This document shows positions 27,830 to 39,472 of a stretch of 59,344 bases of DNA, piece after piece. This stretch comes from an uncultured Alphaproteobacteria bacterium (lineage in GTDB: Bacteria; Pseudomonadota; Alphaproteobacteria; JAAXGF01), in contig CAZYDR010000007.1 in the NCBI GenBank assembly GCA_964645285.1, positions 1 through 59,344 on the forward strand, read 5' to 3'. Within the stretch, counting starts at the first letter, position 1, and each line of letters opens with the position of its first letter. The translations under genes were made by a program, and so were the position numbers. The notes beneath the pieces were generated by a model. That model had not been told where the DNA came from and searched no databases. It worked only from the letters and a program-made list of their open reading frames with translations.

Positions 27830-28855
27830 ATGACTGATGTAAGCCTTGCCTTAGGCGCCGTGCGGCGCGTTGACCGGGTGGTGCTCGCCACCCTTGGCCT
27901 GTTTGCCGTACTGCTGGCGCTGGTGCCGCCCCAGGCCTATGACAGCGCCGTCTTCACGCTCGAAGCTATTATCTACATTTCGCCATTCCTGATCGCCTCG
28001 GTGGCTCTGGCGGCGTCGGTCAAGGCGACCGGTCTGGATCGCCAGATCGCCGTGGTAGTCAGCGGCCGCCAGGCGCCGGTCATCGTCGCCGCCGCGGTGT
28101 TCGGCGCCTTGTCTCCGTTCTGCTCCTGCGGCGTGGTGCCGATCATCGCCGCCTTGCTGGCCTCGGGCGTGCCGCTCGCGCCGGTCATGGCGTTCTGGAT
28201 CGCCTCGCCGCTCATGGACCCGGAGATGTTCGTGCTCATGGCCCCGGTCATGGGCCTCGAGTTCACCGTTGCCAAGACTCTGTCGGCATTCTCTATCGGC
28301 CTGGTCGCCGGCTTCGCCACTTATGCCCTGACGTCGCGCGGCGTGTTCGCCGATCCGCTCAAGGCCTTCACGGTCAGCTGTGGCGGCTGCTCCGGGCCGA
28401 GCCTCGACGACGGCCCCAACGTGAAATGGGCATTCTGGCGCGAGGATGAGCGCCGCGCCCTGTTCGGCGCCGAGGCCCGGACCTCCGGCTGGTTCCTGTT
28501 CAAGTGGCTGACCCTTGCGTTTGCTATCGAGAGCCTGATGGTCGCCTACGTGCCGGCCGAGGCCATCGCCCAGTATCTCGGTGGCGACAGCCTTTGGGCT
28601 ATTCCGGCCGCCGTCATCGTCGGCGTGCCGGCCTATCTCAACGGCTACGCCGCCATTCCCACGGTCGGCGCCCTGGTCGATATGGGTATGGCGCCGGGCG
28701 CCGGGCTGGCCTTCATGGTGGCCGGCGGGGTGACCAGTATTCCCGCCGCCATGGCGGTGTTTGCCCTGGTCAAACGGCCGGTCTTCCTGTGGTATCTCGC
28801 CCTCGGCCTGTCCGGCTCGCTGGTCGCTGGCATTGCCTATCAGGCGTATATCTAG
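27830..28855 (+). CDS. ArsP/DUF318 family permease
   Basis: SPFCSCGVVP, GVPLAPVMAFWIASPLMDP, GVPAYLNG, AFMVAGGVTSIPA; downstream of ArsR. Confidence 0.85.
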   Translation: MTDVSLALGAVRRVDRVVLATLGLFAVLLALVPPQAYDSAVFTLEAIIYISPFLIASVALAASVKATGLDRQIAVVVSGRQAPVIVAAAVFGALSPFCSCGVVPIIAALLASGVPLAPVMAFWIASPLMDPEMFVLMAPVMGLEFTVAKTLSAFSIGLVAGFATYALTSRGVFADPLKAFTVSCGGCSGPSLDDGPNVKWAFWREDERRALFGAEARTSGWFLFKWLTLAFAIESLMVAYVPAEAIAQYLGGDSLWAIPAAVIVGVPAYLNGYAAIPTVGALVDMGMAPGAGLAFMVAGGVTSIPAAMAVFALVKRPVFLWYLALGLSGSLVAGIAYQAYI

Positions 28856-31077
28856 CGCTCGCGCCTGGGCTTCTTTGAGCGTTTCGGTGGTTTTCCGCCG
28901 GAACGCTTTTTCTTTGTCTTGATCTCGGTGCCGCCGGACAGCAACTCAAACACCAGCCCGCCCGTGGTGGTGTTGGCCTCGCGCAGACGGACCTCGACCG
29001 TGTCGCCAAGGCGGATCACCCAACCCGGCGCGGTCATCACATGGCCGGCCTCATAGACAGTGGCGTCGCGGTCCAGGCTGCGCCGCGGAATGATGCCGTC
29101 GGCCCCGGTCTCATCGAGCGTGACGAACAGGCCGAAGCGGCTGACTCCTGAAATACGCGCGGCGAACGTGGCGCCGACCCGGCCTTCCAGGAAGGCGGTC
29201 ACGTAACGGTCCATGGCGTCGCGCTCGGCGCTCTGGGCGCGCCGTTCGGTCTGGGAAATATGCTCGCCCAGGGTATCGAAGTCGGCCTCGGCGCCGTCGG
29301 GCAGGCCGTCGTTGCCCATATCCAGGGCGCGGATCAGGACCCGGTGCACCAGCAAATCCGCATAGCGCCGGATCGGCGAGGTGAAGTGGCTGTAGCGCCG
29401 CAGACTGAGACCGAAATGGCCGACGTTTTCGGGGCTGTACTCGGCCTTGGCCTGGCTGCGCAGGATGGCGGTGTTGACCGCCGGCGAGTGGGGCGTGTCG
29501 GCGACCTGATCGAGCAGCCGGTTGAAGTGGATCGGCCGGGGATGCTGCCCCGCCGCCAGCTTGAGGCCGAAGCCCTTGAGGAAATCCCGCAGGTCGGAAA
29601 TCTTCTCCGCTGCCGGCTCGTCGTGGATGCGGTACATCGCCGCGGTCTGGCGCTGTTCAAGAGTCTCGGCGGCGGCCACGTTAGCGGTGATCATCAGTTC
29701 CTCGATCAGCCGGTGGGCGTCGAGGCGCGGGCGCGGCGCCACCGCTGCGATGTGGCCGTCGTCACCGAGGATCACTTTGCGCTCGGGCAGATCGAGATCG
29801 ATGGCGCCACGATTCTTGCGGCCTCGGTTGAGCGCCTCGAAGACACCATAGAGCGGCGCGATGATGGTCTCGGCCAGAGGCCCGGTGGTGTCGTCAGGGT
29901 AGCCGTCCCGGGCACTCTGGACCTGCTCGTAGGTTAGCCGTGCCGCCGAGCGCATAAGACCACGCAGGAAGCGGTGACGGTGCAGGGCGCCGTCGGCGCC
30001 GATCCACATATGCACGGCGAGACAAGGACGCGGCTGGTTCGGCACCAGGGAACAAAGATTATTCGACAGCGCCTCGGGTAGCATGGGCACTACCCGGTCG
30101 GGGAAATACACTGAGTTGCCGCGCTCCCGCGCCGAGCGGTCCAGCGGCCGGTCGGTGGTGACATAGTGGGCGACATCGGCGATGGCCACCACCGCGTGCC
30201 AGCCGCCTTCATTTTTCGGGTCGAACTCGGCCCATACCGCGTCGTCGAAGTCGCGGGCGTCGGCGCCGTCGATGGTGACTAGGGGGATGTCCCGCATATC
30301 TTCGCGGCCGGCCAAATTGGTGACCGGCTTCGCCGCTTCGGCTTCGGCGATGACGTCGGCGGCGAAATTGACCGGGATACCGTTGGCGTGAATGGCGATT
30401 AGGCTGAAGGCGCGCGGGTCTTGCATGGTGGCGCCGAGACGCTCGGTAATGCGCGCCCGGGGCAGGCCCATGCGGCGGCCCGACGAGGTCTCGGCCAGCA
30501 CCAGCTCACCGGGCTTGGCGCCACCGGCGTCGTCGACCAGGAATTCCGACTTGGCGCGGCGGTCCGTGGGCACGATACGGCCGTCGCCGCCAACCTGCTG
30601 ATAGACCCCGAGCACCCGGTCCGGCGGCCGTTCGATACGTTTTATAGTGCGGCCTTCGTACCGGCCCGCGCCAACCCGCTTGAGCCGCGCCAGCACCCGA
30701 TCACCAATGCCCAAGGCCTTTCGTGGTCCACGTTCGGGCAGCATGATGATACGCGGCGCCTCGCCGTCGCCGCGCCAATCGACCGGCCGGGCCAGGGGGT
30801 CGCCGTCTTCGTCGAGAGCGTAGACATCGACCATGGTGACTTCAGGCAGATGACCGGCCACGGTCACACGACGCCGGCGGCCGCGCTGTATCAGTCCCTC
30901 ATCGGCCATATCCCGCATCATGGCCTTAAGCGCCTTGCGCCGGTCGCCCTTGATGCCGAAAGCACGCGCCAGGTCGCGTTTGCTGGCGGCGCCGGGGTTG
31001 TCTTCAATATAGACGAGGAGGTCTTCGCGGCTGGGTAGCGGCGTCGCGGCGTGGGCCGGTGGTTTCTTCTTAGTCAC
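28852..31077 (-). CDS. rnr: ribonuclease R
   Basis: TIDGADARDFDDAV, VAIADVAHYV, RGNSVYFPDRVVPMLP, HFGL, HFTSPIRRYADLLVHR, C-terminal S1; GTG start overlapping topA end. Confidence 0.95.
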   Translation of the reverse strand: MTKKKPPAHAATPLPSREDLLVYIEDNPGAASKRDLARAFGIKGDRRKALKAMMRDMADEGLIQRGRRRRVTVAGHLPEVTMVDVYALDEDGDPLARPVDWRGDGEAPRIIMLPERGPRKALGIGDRVLARLKRVGAGRYEGRTIKRIERPPDRVLGVYQQVGGDGRIVPTDRRAKSEFLVDDAGGAKPGELVLAETSSGRRMGLPRARITERLGATMQDPRAFSLIAIHANGIPVNFAADVIAEAEAAKPVTNLAGREDMRDIPLVTIDGADARDFDDAVWAEFDPKNEGGWHAVVAIADVAHYVTTDRPLDRSARERGNSVYFPDRVVPMLPEALSNNLCSLVPNQPRPCLAVHMWIGADGALHRHRFLRGLMRSAARLTYEQVQSARDGYPDDTTGPLAETIIAPLYGVFEALNRGRKNRGAIDLDLPERKVILGDDGHIAAVAPRPRLDAHRLIEELMITANVAAAETLEQRQTAAMYRIHDEPAAEKISDLRDFLKGFGLKLAAGQHPRPIHFNRLLDQVADTPHSPAVNTAILRSQAKAEYSPENVGHFGLSLRRYSHFTSPIRRYADLLVHRVLIRALDMGNDGLPDGAEADFDTLGEHISQTERRAQSAERDAMDRYVTAFLEGRVGATFAARISGVSRFGLFVTLDETGADGIIPRRSLDRDATVYEAGHVMTAPGWVIRLGDTVEVRLREANTTTGGLVFELLSGGTEIKTKKKRSGGKPPKRSKKPRRER

Positions 31078-33697
31078 CGGCGGGGGGACTATCGGAGGAC
31101 TTTTTGGCGGCCGACTTCTTCTTTGGTACTGCCATCTTCTTGGCAGCAGGTTTCTTCTTGGCCGCCGCCTTGCGCCGGCCCTTTGGCGCCTTGCCGCGCT
31201 CTTCAAGCTGGGCGACAGCCGCTTCCATGGTGATGGCTTCCGGCGTGGTGTCGTTGGGCAATGGCGCGTTAAGCCCGGCATGTGTGAGATAGGGGCCGTA
31301 GCGCCCATCCATGACTTTAACCGGCTCGCCGTCACTGGGGTGGTTGCCGATTTCGCGGAGCGCCGTGGCGGCGCCCCGTCGTGGGCCTTTCTCCTTATGC
31401 TCGGCAATCAGCACCACGGCGCGATTAAGGCCGACGGTCAGCACGTCGTCGTCCTTGGGCAGAGAGACAAAGGCCTTGCCGTGTTTGAGATAGGGCCCGA
31501 AGCGGCCAATGCCGGCAATAATCGGGTCTTGCGTCTCCGGGTGAATACCGAGATCGCGGGGCAGGGCCAGCATGCCGAGCGCGGTGTCGAAATCAATGGT
31601 CTGAGGATCGACGTTCTTGGTCAGGGAAACCCGCTTGGGTTTGCCGTCGTCGGTCTGCTCGCCGAGCTGTACGTAGTGACCGTAGGGGCCCTTGCGGATT
31701 GTCACCGCCAGGTTCGTCGCCGGATCATCGCCCAGTATGATCGGCCCGGCATCGGTACCATTGGCGCCGTCGCCGTCGAACGGCCGGGTATAGCGACACT
31801 CGGGATAATTGGCGCAACCGATGAAGGCGCCGAACTTGCCGAGCTTAAGATTGAGCCGGCCGTCGTCGCAGGTCGGACAGACGCGCGGGTCTTTCCCCGA
31901 TCCGTCGTCGGCGAAGATATGGGGCCCCATGACCTCGTCGAGGGCGGTTAGAACGTCCGAGACACGCAGTTCCTTGGTCTCATCGACCTTGGCGATGAAG
32001 GCGCCCCAGAAATCCCGTAGCACCGCTTTCCAGTCGACCTTGCCATTAGAAATTTCGTCGAGCTGATTTTCCAGGCTGGCGGTGAAATCGTACTCCACAT
32101 AGCGCCCGAAGAAGCTCTCGAGGAAGGCGGTGACCAGACGGCCACGGTCCTCGGGAAAAAATCGCTTCTTCTCCAACTTTACATAATCGCGATCCTGGAG
32201 AACCGACAGAATACTGGCGTAGGTCGAGGGCCGGCCGATGCCGAGTTCTTCGAGGCGCTTGACCAGGGTCGCTTCCGTGAAGCGCGGCGGCGGCTCGGTG
32301 AAATGCTGGTCGGGCCTGACGTCGCCGCGGTCTAGCGCGTTGCCCTGGGTGAGGGCCGGCAGCATGCGGTTTTCATCGTCGTCCGCCGCGGACGTATCGT
32401 CGCGGCCCTCGCGGTAGAGCTTGACGAAGCCGTCGAAGGCAATTTGCGAGCCGGTGGCGCGCAGGGTGACCTGGCCGTCGGGTGCGGTGACATCAACGGC
32501 GACCCGGTCGATCCGTGCGCTCTCCATCTGGCTCGCCACGGCGCGTTTCCAGATCAGTTCGTAAAGCCGGCGCTGGTCGTTCTCGATGAAAATGGCCACA
32601 TCGGCCGGCTGGCGGTCGAAAGACGACGGGCGGATGGCCTCGTGGGCCTCCTGAGCATTCTTGGCCGGCGAGCGGTAGGCGCGTGGCTGGTCGGGCAGGT
32701 AGGGGGCGCCGAAGTTGCCGGAAATCATGGCACGGCATGACGCCACCGCCTCGTTGGCCATGTTGACGCTGTCGGTCCGCATGTAGGTAATGAGGCCGAC
32801 CATTTCGCCGCCCAGATTGGCGCCTTCGTAAAGCCGCTGGGCGACCTGTATGGTTTGCTTGGCGCTGAAGCCGAGCTTGCGCGCGGCCTCCTGCTGCAGT
32901 GTCGAGGTGGTGAACGGCGGCTGCGGGTTGCGCCGGGTCTGTTTGGCCTCGACCGTACCGACGCTGAAGTTCCGCGCCGTGATGGCGTCGGCCGCCGCGT
33001 GTCCGGCGGCTTCGTCGCCGAGGTCGTAGCGGTCGAGCTTGTCGCCGTTGAGATGGGTCAGGCGCGCCGTGAAGCCATCGCCCGCCGGCGTGGTGAAGTC
33101 GGCCTCCACGGTCCAGTACTCACGCGGCCGGAAAGCTTCGATCTGGGTTTCGCGCTCACACACTAGGCGAAGGGCCACCGACTGTACCCGTCCCGCGGAA
33201 CGACTGCCCGGCAGCTTGCGCCACAACACCGGCGACAGGGTGAAGCCGACCAGATAGTCGAGGGCGCGCCGCGCCTGTTGGGCGTTGACCAGATCCATGT
33301 CCAGGTCGCGCGGATGCGCCATGGCCTCGCGGACGGCGGTCTTGGTGATTTCGTTGAAGGCGACCCGTTTGACGTTGACGCCCTCGAGGGAGCGTTTTTC
33401 ATCCAGAGCCTGGGCCACATGCCAGGAAATCGCCTCGCCCTCGCGGTCCGGGTCAGTGGCGAGATACAGGTTGTCGGCGCCCTTGACCGCCTTGGCGATG
33501 GCGGCCAGATGCTTGGCGCCGCGCTCGGCGATTTGATAGGTCATGGCGAAGTCTTCGTCGGGGCGCACCGAGCCGTCCTTGGGCGGCAGGTCACGGACAT
33601 GGCCATAGCTTGCCAACACCGTGAACCCGGCACCGAGATACCGTTCGATCGTCTTCGCCTTGGCCGGCGATTCGACGATAACGATGCTTTCACTCAT
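31070..33697 (-). CDS. topA: DNA topoisomerase I
   Basis: [57 protein letters not shown], Zn finger and C-terminal repeats. Confidence 0.97.
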   Translation of the reverse strand: MSESIVIVESPAKAKTIERYLGAGFTVLASYGHVRDLPPKDGSVRPDEDFAMTYQIAERGAKHLAAIAKAVKGADNLYLATDPDREGEAISWHVAQALDEKRSLEGVNVKRVAFNEITKTAVREAMAHPRDLDMDLVNAQQARRALDYLVGFTLSPVLWRKLPGSRSAGRVQSVALRLVCERETQIEAFRPREYWTVEADFTTPAGDGFTARLTHLNGDKLDRYDLGDEAAGHAAADAITARNFSVGTVEAKQTRRNPQPPFTTSTLQQEAARKLGFSAKQTIQVAQRLYEGANLGGEMVGLITYMRTDSVNMANEAVASCRAMISGNFGAPYLPDQPRAYRSPAKNAQEAHEAIRPSSFDRQPADVAIFIENDQRRLYELIWKRAVASQMESARIDRVAVDVTAPDGQVTLRATGSQIAFDGFVKLYREGRDDTSAADDDENRMLPALTQGNALDRGDVRPDQHFTEPPPRFTEATLVKRLEELGIGRPSTYASILSVLQDRDYVKLEKKRFFPEDRGRLVTAFLESFFGRYVEYDFTASLENQLDEISNGKVDWKAVLRDFWGAFIAKVDETKELRVSDVLTALDEVMGPHIFADDGSGKDPRVCPTCDDGRLNLKLGKFGAFIGCANYPECRYTRPFDGDGANGTDAGPIILGDDPATNLAVTIRKGPYGHYVQLGEQTDDGKPKRVSLTKNVDPQTIDFDTALGMLALPRDLGIHPETQDPIIAGIGRFGPYLKHGKAFVSLPKDDDVLTVGLNRAVVLIAEHKEKGPRRGAATALREIGNHPSDGEPVKVMDGRYGPYLTHAGLNAPLPNDTTPEAITMEAAVAQLEERGKAPKGRRKAAAKKKPAAKKMAVPKKKSAAKKSSDSPPAGD

Positions 33698-34878
33698 AAA
33701 ACACGCTCTCTAAGAACTATCGAAAAATCGAGGGAACGCTCTTTAACACTCTTCAGAATGAATTGAAAATTTCCTCCGGGGTGGCGATCGAGCCGTCCGG
33801 CGAGTTCGAGTTCGAGCAGTACCGTTAACACGACCGCCGCCGATACTTGGCACTGCCGGATCAATTCGTCAACCTCGACCGGCGTCGGGTCGAGCAATTC
33901 GATGACCGCGAAACGGACCTTTTCAAGTTCGGATTCATCGGGCAGGGGCCGTGGCGCGGCGCCGAAATCATCGGGCAAGCGGCCTTCGGCGAGCGGCTGG
34001 GAAAGCACCCCTTCGAGCGCCTCGGTGACGTCGCGGGCGCTTTCGGTCAGCACCGCGCCCTGGCGGATCAGATTGTTGGTGCCGGCACAACGCGGGTCGA
34101 GCGGCGAGCCTGGCACGGCGAACATTTCGCGGCCTTGCTCGCCGGCCATGCGGGCGGTGGTCAGCGAACCCGAGCGCCGCGCCGCCTCGATTATCACCAC
34201 CCCCAGGGAGACCCCGGAAATGATGCGATTGCGCCGGGGAAACAGGCGTCCCTTGGGCACGGTGCCGAAGGGCATCTCGGCGATAATCACGCCCTGTTCG
34301 GCGATCTGCTCGTGCAGCGCTTAGTTTTCCGGTGGATAGACCATATCGATGCCACCGGCGATAACGGCGACGGTGCCGCTGGCCAAGCCGCCTTGGTGAG
34401 CGCTGGCGTCGATTCCCCGGGCTAGGCCCGAGGCGATGACGAAATCTTCGGCGCCCAGATCGGCGGCGATCTGACGGGCGAAGCGGTTACTGCTGGCCGA
34501 GGCATTGCGCGCGCCGACCACGCCGATCATGGACCGGGCCAACAGATGGCCGTGGCTGCGAATGGTGATGACCGGTGGTGGGTCGGCGATGGCCGCAAGC
34601 TGGGGCGGGTAGTCGGGCTCTCCGGCGCAGATCAGTCGGGCGCCCATGGCGGTGCAGGCCTCGATCTCGCGTTCCGCCCTGGTGGCTGGAAAAATCCGCA
34701 GTTCACGCCGGCCGCCGCCGCGTCGGGCCAGATCAGGAGCGCCGCGCAGGGCTTCACCGGCCGAACCGAAATGACGCAACAATTGAAAGAACGTGACCGG
34801 ACCGACCTTCTCGGTCCGGCTCAGGTGAAGCTAGGCAAGCCGCTTGGCCTGAGATAGCTCGCGTGTTGGCGAATTCAT
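33694..34878 (-). pseudogene. dprA: DNA-processing protein DprA with two in-frame stops
   Basis: MNSPTRELSQAKRLA*LHLSRTEKVGPVTF (TAG 34831-34833); SGLARGID...YPPEN*ALHEQI (TAA 34321-34323); [24 protein letters not shown]. Confidence 0.92.
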
Positions 34879-34946
34879 TCCCACAACTCAAAATAGTATG
34901 GCCAAAAATATTGCGGTTCGATCCTTAGCCGCTGGCCGAGGCGCGG

Positions 34947-35567
34947 TCAATCCTTGCGCAGACGAATCCGGGATTCTTCGCCCTTGAGCAGGCGGCGAAT
35001 GTTTTCGTGGTGCTTGGCGATGACTATAACGGCGAGAAGGCTGGCGAGTTCGGCGTACTGGGGAGTCGACAGCCACCAGGCCAGGGCCGGGCTGGCGGCC
35101 ACGGCGACCATGGTGGCCAGGGAGGAAAACCGGAACAGGGCGGCGACCGCCAGCCAGACTGCGCAACAGGCCAGGCACACCGGCCAGGCCAGGGCAAGCA
35201 GGACGCCGAGCACCGTGGCGAAGCCCTTGCCGCCGCGAAATTTTAACCAGACCGGAAACAGGTGGCCGATCACCGCCGCCGCCGCCGCCGTCACCGCCAT
35301 GTCGGGTCCGTAGTTGAGGCCGGCGATGAGCGCCGCCGCGGCGCCCTTGGCGCCGTCGAGCAGCAGGGTGATGGCGGCGAGTTTCTTGCTGCCGGTACGC
35401 AGTACATTGGTGGCGCCGATACTGCCTGAACCGATGGCGCGGATATCGCCGAGCCCGGCCATGCGGGTCAGTAGCAAACCGAAAGGAATTGAGCCGAGGA
35501 GATAGCCGAATAACAACGCCACCGCGTAAAAGGGCCAGTCGTTGGCCCAGCTCATGGGGTCAGGCAT
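34947..35567 (-). CDS. plsY: glycerol-3-phosphate acyltransferase PlsY
   Basis: YLLGSIPFG, GSGxIGATNVLR, LLDGAKG, GHLFPVWLKFRGGKG, HHENIRRL. Confidence 0.95.
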   Translation of the reverse strand: MPDPMSWANDWPFYAVALLFGYLLGSIPFGLLLTRMAGLGDIRAIGSGSIGATNVLRTGSKKLAAITLLLDGAKGAAAALIAGLNYGPDMAVTAAAAAVIGHLFPVWLKFRGGKGFATVLGVLLALAWPVCLACCAVWLAVAALFRFSSLATMVAVAASPALAWWLSTPQYAELASLLAVIVIAKHHENIRRLLKGEESRIRLRKD

Positions 35568-36902
35568 CTATTTGTCGCGGCGGTAGACGCAGCGGCCGCC
35601 GACAACCGTACGTATGACCCGGCCCTGGACCGGGCGGCCATCGAACGGTGAGTTCTTGGATTTCGAATGGAAGTTATCGACCTCGATACGCCAGGGGCTT
35701 TCCAGGTCGAACAGCAACAGGTCCGCCGGGCCGTCCTTGGTCAGGGTGCCGACGTCGAGGCCGAGCAGTTCCGCCGGCCGCACGGTCATGGTGGCCAGCA
35801 CGTCGAGCAGATCCATGTGACGGTTGTGGTAGAGCTCAAGAGACAGCGGCAGCATGGTCTCGAGGCCGACGATGCCGTTGGCCGCGTGGGCCAGGGGCAG
35901 ACGCTTGGAATCCTGATCGTGGGGCGCGTGGTCGGTGGCGATGGCGTCGATGGTGCCGTCCTTGAGGCCTTCGACAATGGCCCGCCGGCTGTCTTCGTCG
36001 CGTAACGGCGGCGCCATCTTGGCGAAGGTCCGGTAGTCGCCGATGGCGGTTTCGTTGAGGGCGAAGTGATGGGGCGCCGCCTCGGTGGTCACGGGCAGGC
36101 CGCGGGCCTTGGCCCGGCGCACCGCGTCGACCGCCTCGGCGGTAGAAATATGGGCCACGTGATAGCGACCGCCGGTAATCTCGGCGAGGCGAATGTCGCG
36201 CTCGACGGTGATCGCCTCGCTGGCGTTGGGAATGCCAGGCAGGCCGAGGCGGGTTGAGGTCTCGCCCTCGTTCATGCAGCCGCAGGCCGACAGGTTGGGG
36301 TCCTCCGCGTGCTGGATGATCAGGGCGTCGAAGGCGGTGGAATAGCTCAGGGCCCGGCGCATGACCAGACTGTCGAACACCGGTAGGCCGTCGTCGCTGA
36401 AGGCCACCGCGCCAGCCTCGCTGAGCATGCCCATCTCGGTGAGCTGAGTACCGCCGAGGCCTTTGGTAATGGCGGCGATCGAATGTATTCGTACGATCGA
36501 GGTCTCGCGGGCGCGGCGCTCTATGTACTGGACCAGGGCGATGTCGTCGATCACCGGGCTGGTGTTGGGCATGCAGGCCATGGTGGTGACGCCGCCGGCC
36601 GCCGCCGCCAGGCTGCCGCTGGCCATGGTTTCCTTGTGCTCGTGGCCGGGCTCGCGCAGGTGGACGTGCATGTCGACCAGCCCCGGCGCCAGACAATGGC
36701 CGCCGCAGTCGACCACCTCGACGCCCTCGGGCACGCCGTCTTTGAACAGGCCGGGGCCGATGTCGGCGATCTTGTGGCCCTTGGTCAGCACGGCGCCGCT
36801 CTCATCCAGGCCGCTCTTGGGGTCGAGCAGGCGGGCGTTGACATAGGCGACCCGGCGCGGCGGCGAGGCCTTTGGCGTTGGTTTGGTGAAGAACTCAGTC
36901 AT
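35568..36902 (-). CDS. pyrC: dihydroorotase
   Basis: [50 protein letters not shown]; between pyrB and plsY. Confidence 0.95.
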   Translation of the reverse strand: MTEFFTKPTPKASPPRRVAYVNARLLDPKSGLDESGAVLTKGHKIADIGPGLFKDGVPEGVEVVDCGGHCLAPGLVDMHVHLREPGHEHKETMASGSLAAAAGGVTTMACMPNTSPVIDDIALVQYIERRARETSIVRIHSIAAITKGLGGTQLTEMGMLSEAGAVAFSDDGLPVFDSLVMRRALSYSTAFDALIIQHAEDPNLSACGCMNEGETSTRLGLPGIPNASEAITVERDIRLAEITGGRYHVAHISTAEAVDAVRRAKARGLPVTTEAAPHHFALNETAIGDYRTFAKMAPPLRDEDSRRAIVEGLKDGTIDAIATDHAPHDQDSKRLPLAHAANGIVGLETMLPLSLELYHNRHMDLLDVLATMTVRPAELLGLDVGTLTKDGPADLLLFDLESPWRIEVDNFHSKSKNSPFDGRPVQGRVIRTVVGGRCVYRRDK

Positions 36903-37861
36903 GTGTTGTGCTCGATGTCGGGCAGGTCGCGGCACAATGTTTCGAGGCAGGCCTGGCGCACGGCGACGCCCATTTCGACCTGATCGAGAATCACCGTGCG
37001 GGTGATGTCGTCGGCCAGGGCGCTGTCGATCTCGACGCCCCGGTTCATGGGGCCGGGGTGCATGATCAGGGCGTCGCTCTTGGCAGCGCTGAGTTTGTCC
37101 TCGTCGAGACCGTAGAAGTGAAAGTACTCGCGTTCCGACGGCACGTAGCTGCCCTGCATGCGCTCGGTCTGGAGCCGCAGCATCATGACGATGTCGCAAC
37201 CCTTGAGGCCCTTGCGCATATCGCTGAAGATCTCGACCCCGAGGCGCTCGGCGGCCACCGGCAGCAGGGTCGGCGGCGCCACCAGGCGGACCCGCGCGCC
37301 CATGATGTTGAACAGCAGAATATTGGAACGCGCCACCCGGCTGTGCATGACGTCGCCGCAAATCGCCACCGTGAGGCCCGACAGATTCTTGTGGCGCCGC
37401 CGGATGGTCAGGGCGTCAAGCAGCGCCTGGGTCGGGTGCTCGTGGCTGCCGTCACCGCCGTTGATGACCGCGCAGTTGACCTTTTCCGAGAGCAGTTTGA
37501 CGGCGCCGCTTTCGGGATGGCGCACCACCAGCAGATCCGGGTGCATGGCGTTCAGCGTCATGGCGGTGTCGATCAGGGTCTCGCCCTTCTTGATCGACGA
37601 GGTGCCGACCGACATGTTGATGACGTCGGCGCCGAGGCGTTTGCCGGCGAGCTCGAACGAAGTCCGGGTGCGGGTCGAGCTTTCAAAGAACAGATTGATC
37701 TGGGTGCGGCCGCGCAGCAGGCTGGTCTTCTTGTCGGCCCGGCGGTTGAGCGCAACGTAGGAGTCCGCGAGGTCCAAAAGGTGACTGATTTCCGAGGGCA
37801 ACAGCCCTTCGATGCCAAGCAAATGGCGGTGGGGGAAATCAGTTGGCGGCGCACTAACCAT
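36899..37861 (-). CDS. pyrB: aspartate carbamoyltransferase catalytic subunit
   Basis: [51 protein letters not shown]. Confidence 0.96.
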   Translation of the reverse strand: MVSAPPTDFPHRHLLGIEGLLPSEISHLLDLADSYVALNRRADKKTSLLRGRTQINLFFESSTRTRTSFELAGKRLGADVINMSVGTSSIKKGETLIDTAMTLNAMHPDLLVVRHPESGAVKLLSEKVNCAVINGGDGSHEHPTQALLDALTIRRRHKNLSGLTVAICGDVMHSRVARSNILLFNIMGARVRLVAPPTLLPVAAERLGVEIFSDMRKGLKGCDIVMMLRLQTERMQGSYVPSEREYFHFYGLDEDKLSAAKSDALIMHPGPMNRGVEIDSALADDITRTVILDQVEMGVAVRQACLETLCRDLPDIEHNT

Positions 37862-38039
37862 TAAAGGGCATGTATACGCGCCCTGGCGTGGTGACGGCAA
37901 GTGATTCGCTGTAAGCAATCAGCCATCAGCGGTCAGCTTTCTTTCAGCCCGCGACCGCGGGTCGCCGACCGTTCGGCGGGAGCCTGCGTGGCAATTGAAC
38001 GCAGCTCACCGAAGGTGAGCGTCAAGAATCACCCGCGAA

Positions 38040-39335
38040 TCAACTAAGTTTCGCCAAAATCCTTTTCGCGGGCAACACCACGCTGGCCAGCAAGGTCGAA
38101 GCGAGGCGGCTGAAATGGGCGCGGGGCAGGGGGGTAAGCGGCAGGGCCATGGCGTCCTCGTCGCCGCTGATCAACATGGTGGCGATGTCACGGCCCACGG
38201 CGGTGGCGGTGGGTACGCCGCGGCCCGAGAAGCCGACCGCCGTATAAAGATTGTCGGACAGCCGGTGGACCCCGGCGAACAGCCTCGGCGCCATGTCGAG
38301 CAGGCCCTGCCAGTAGTGGGTGAAGTGGACCGGCGCCAGATCGGGGAACAGCCGGCCGATTTCGGCCCCGACCCTGGCCTCGACCGCCGCCGCCGACTGA
38401 TCGACCCCAAGCCCGGCGCCGCCGCCGGTGAGCAGGCGGCCGTCGCCGTCGAAGTAGAAATAGAAGTAGCGCGGGTGGTGCAGCTCCTGGACGTTGTTGT
38501 CGCGTGGCAGCACCTTGCGCCGGACCTCTTCGGGCAGCGGGTCGGTGGCAACGCCGACGGCGCTGATGATGTAATACGAGCTGTCGAGCCCCGGCCACAG
38601 GCCGTGGCGGTGGGCGTTGGTCGCCAGCAGCACCGACTTGGCCAGCACCTGGCCATTGGGTGTCGTCACCCGCCAGCGCTCGCCCGCCCGCTCAAGCTTG
38701 GTCGCCGGCGATTTGCCGTGGACCCGCGCGCCGGCCTTGATGGCGGCGCCGGCGAGGCCCCGGCAATAGCCCATGGGATTGAGATGGCCGCCGTCCTCGA
38801 ACAGGATGGCGGCGGGGAAGGCGTCGGAGGCGATGTAGTCGCGCATGTTGCTCCGGTCGACCCAGCGCACCCGCTTGCCAAGCCGGTCCCAGTGCTCGAA
38901 CTTTTGGCGCAGGCCGGCGACGCTCTTGTCCTCGCGGACCATGGTGAGGGTGCCGGTCTGCACCGCCTCGCAGGAAATCTGATGGTCGCGAATCAGCGTA
39001 TAGACCAAATCCGCCGCGTCGCCCTGAAGGCTATTGACCCGATCGCCCCGGGCCCCGAACCGGGCGTCGATCTCGGCCGGCGACTGCCAGGTCCAGTCCG
39101 GTACGCAATGACCATTATTCCGCCCCGACCCGCCAAACCCAGGCTCCTCGGCCTCGACCACAACAACCGAGCGCCCGACCTCGGCCAGAAACAACGCCGC
39201 CGTCAGCCCGCAATACCCGGCCCCGACGATGGCCACATCAGCCTCGATCTCACCATCCAACGGCGGCACCGGCGGCGCCATGGGCGCGGCGGTCTTGGCC
39301 CACAACACAGGCTCGATAGGCAAACGGGTTTCCAT
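38040..39335 (-). CDS. FAD-dependent oxidoreductase (DAO/PuuB-like)
   Basis: DVAIVGAGYCGL, GFGGSGRNNG, LNPMGYCRGLA, LATNA, GFSGRGV. Confidence 0.88.
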   Translation of the reverse strand: METRLPIEPVLWAKTAAPMAPPVPPLDGEIEADVAIVGAGYCGLTAALFLAEVGRSVVVVEAEEPGFGGSGRNNGHCVPDWTWQSPAEIDARFGARGDRVNSLQGDAADLVYTLIRDHQISCEAVQTGTLTMVREDKSVAGLRQKFEHWDRLGKRVRWVDRSNMRDYIASDAFPAAILFEDGGHLNPMGYCRGLAGAAIKAGARVHGKSPATKLERAGERWRVTTPNGQVLAKSVLLATNAHRHGLWPGLDSSYYIISAVGVATDPLPEEVRRKVLPRDNNVQELHHPRYFYFYFDGDGRLLTGGGAGLGVDQSAAAVEARVGAEIGRLFPDLAPVHFTHYWQGLLDMAPRLFAGVHRLSDNLYTAVGFSGRGVPTATAVGRDIATMLISGDEDAMALPLTPLPRAHFSRLASTLLASVVLPAKRILAKLS

Positions 39336-39458
39336 GACGGGAGTCCTTTACGGGTTAGGGGCCAGCAGGCGGTGCGCCTCGGGTTTGCGCCGGTCGAGAG
39401 GAGCGACTTTAGCACGAGAGGCGCGGGCCGCTATAGGTCTCGCGGTGTGGGTGTCCGG

Positions 39459-39472
39459 GCCGTAACAATCAC
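39459..39472. repeat. 14-bp direct repeat, left copy (bounds the Sel1 gene)
   Basis: GCCGTAACAATCAC, identical to 41009-41022; contains the gene's TGA stop. Confidence 0.75.
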
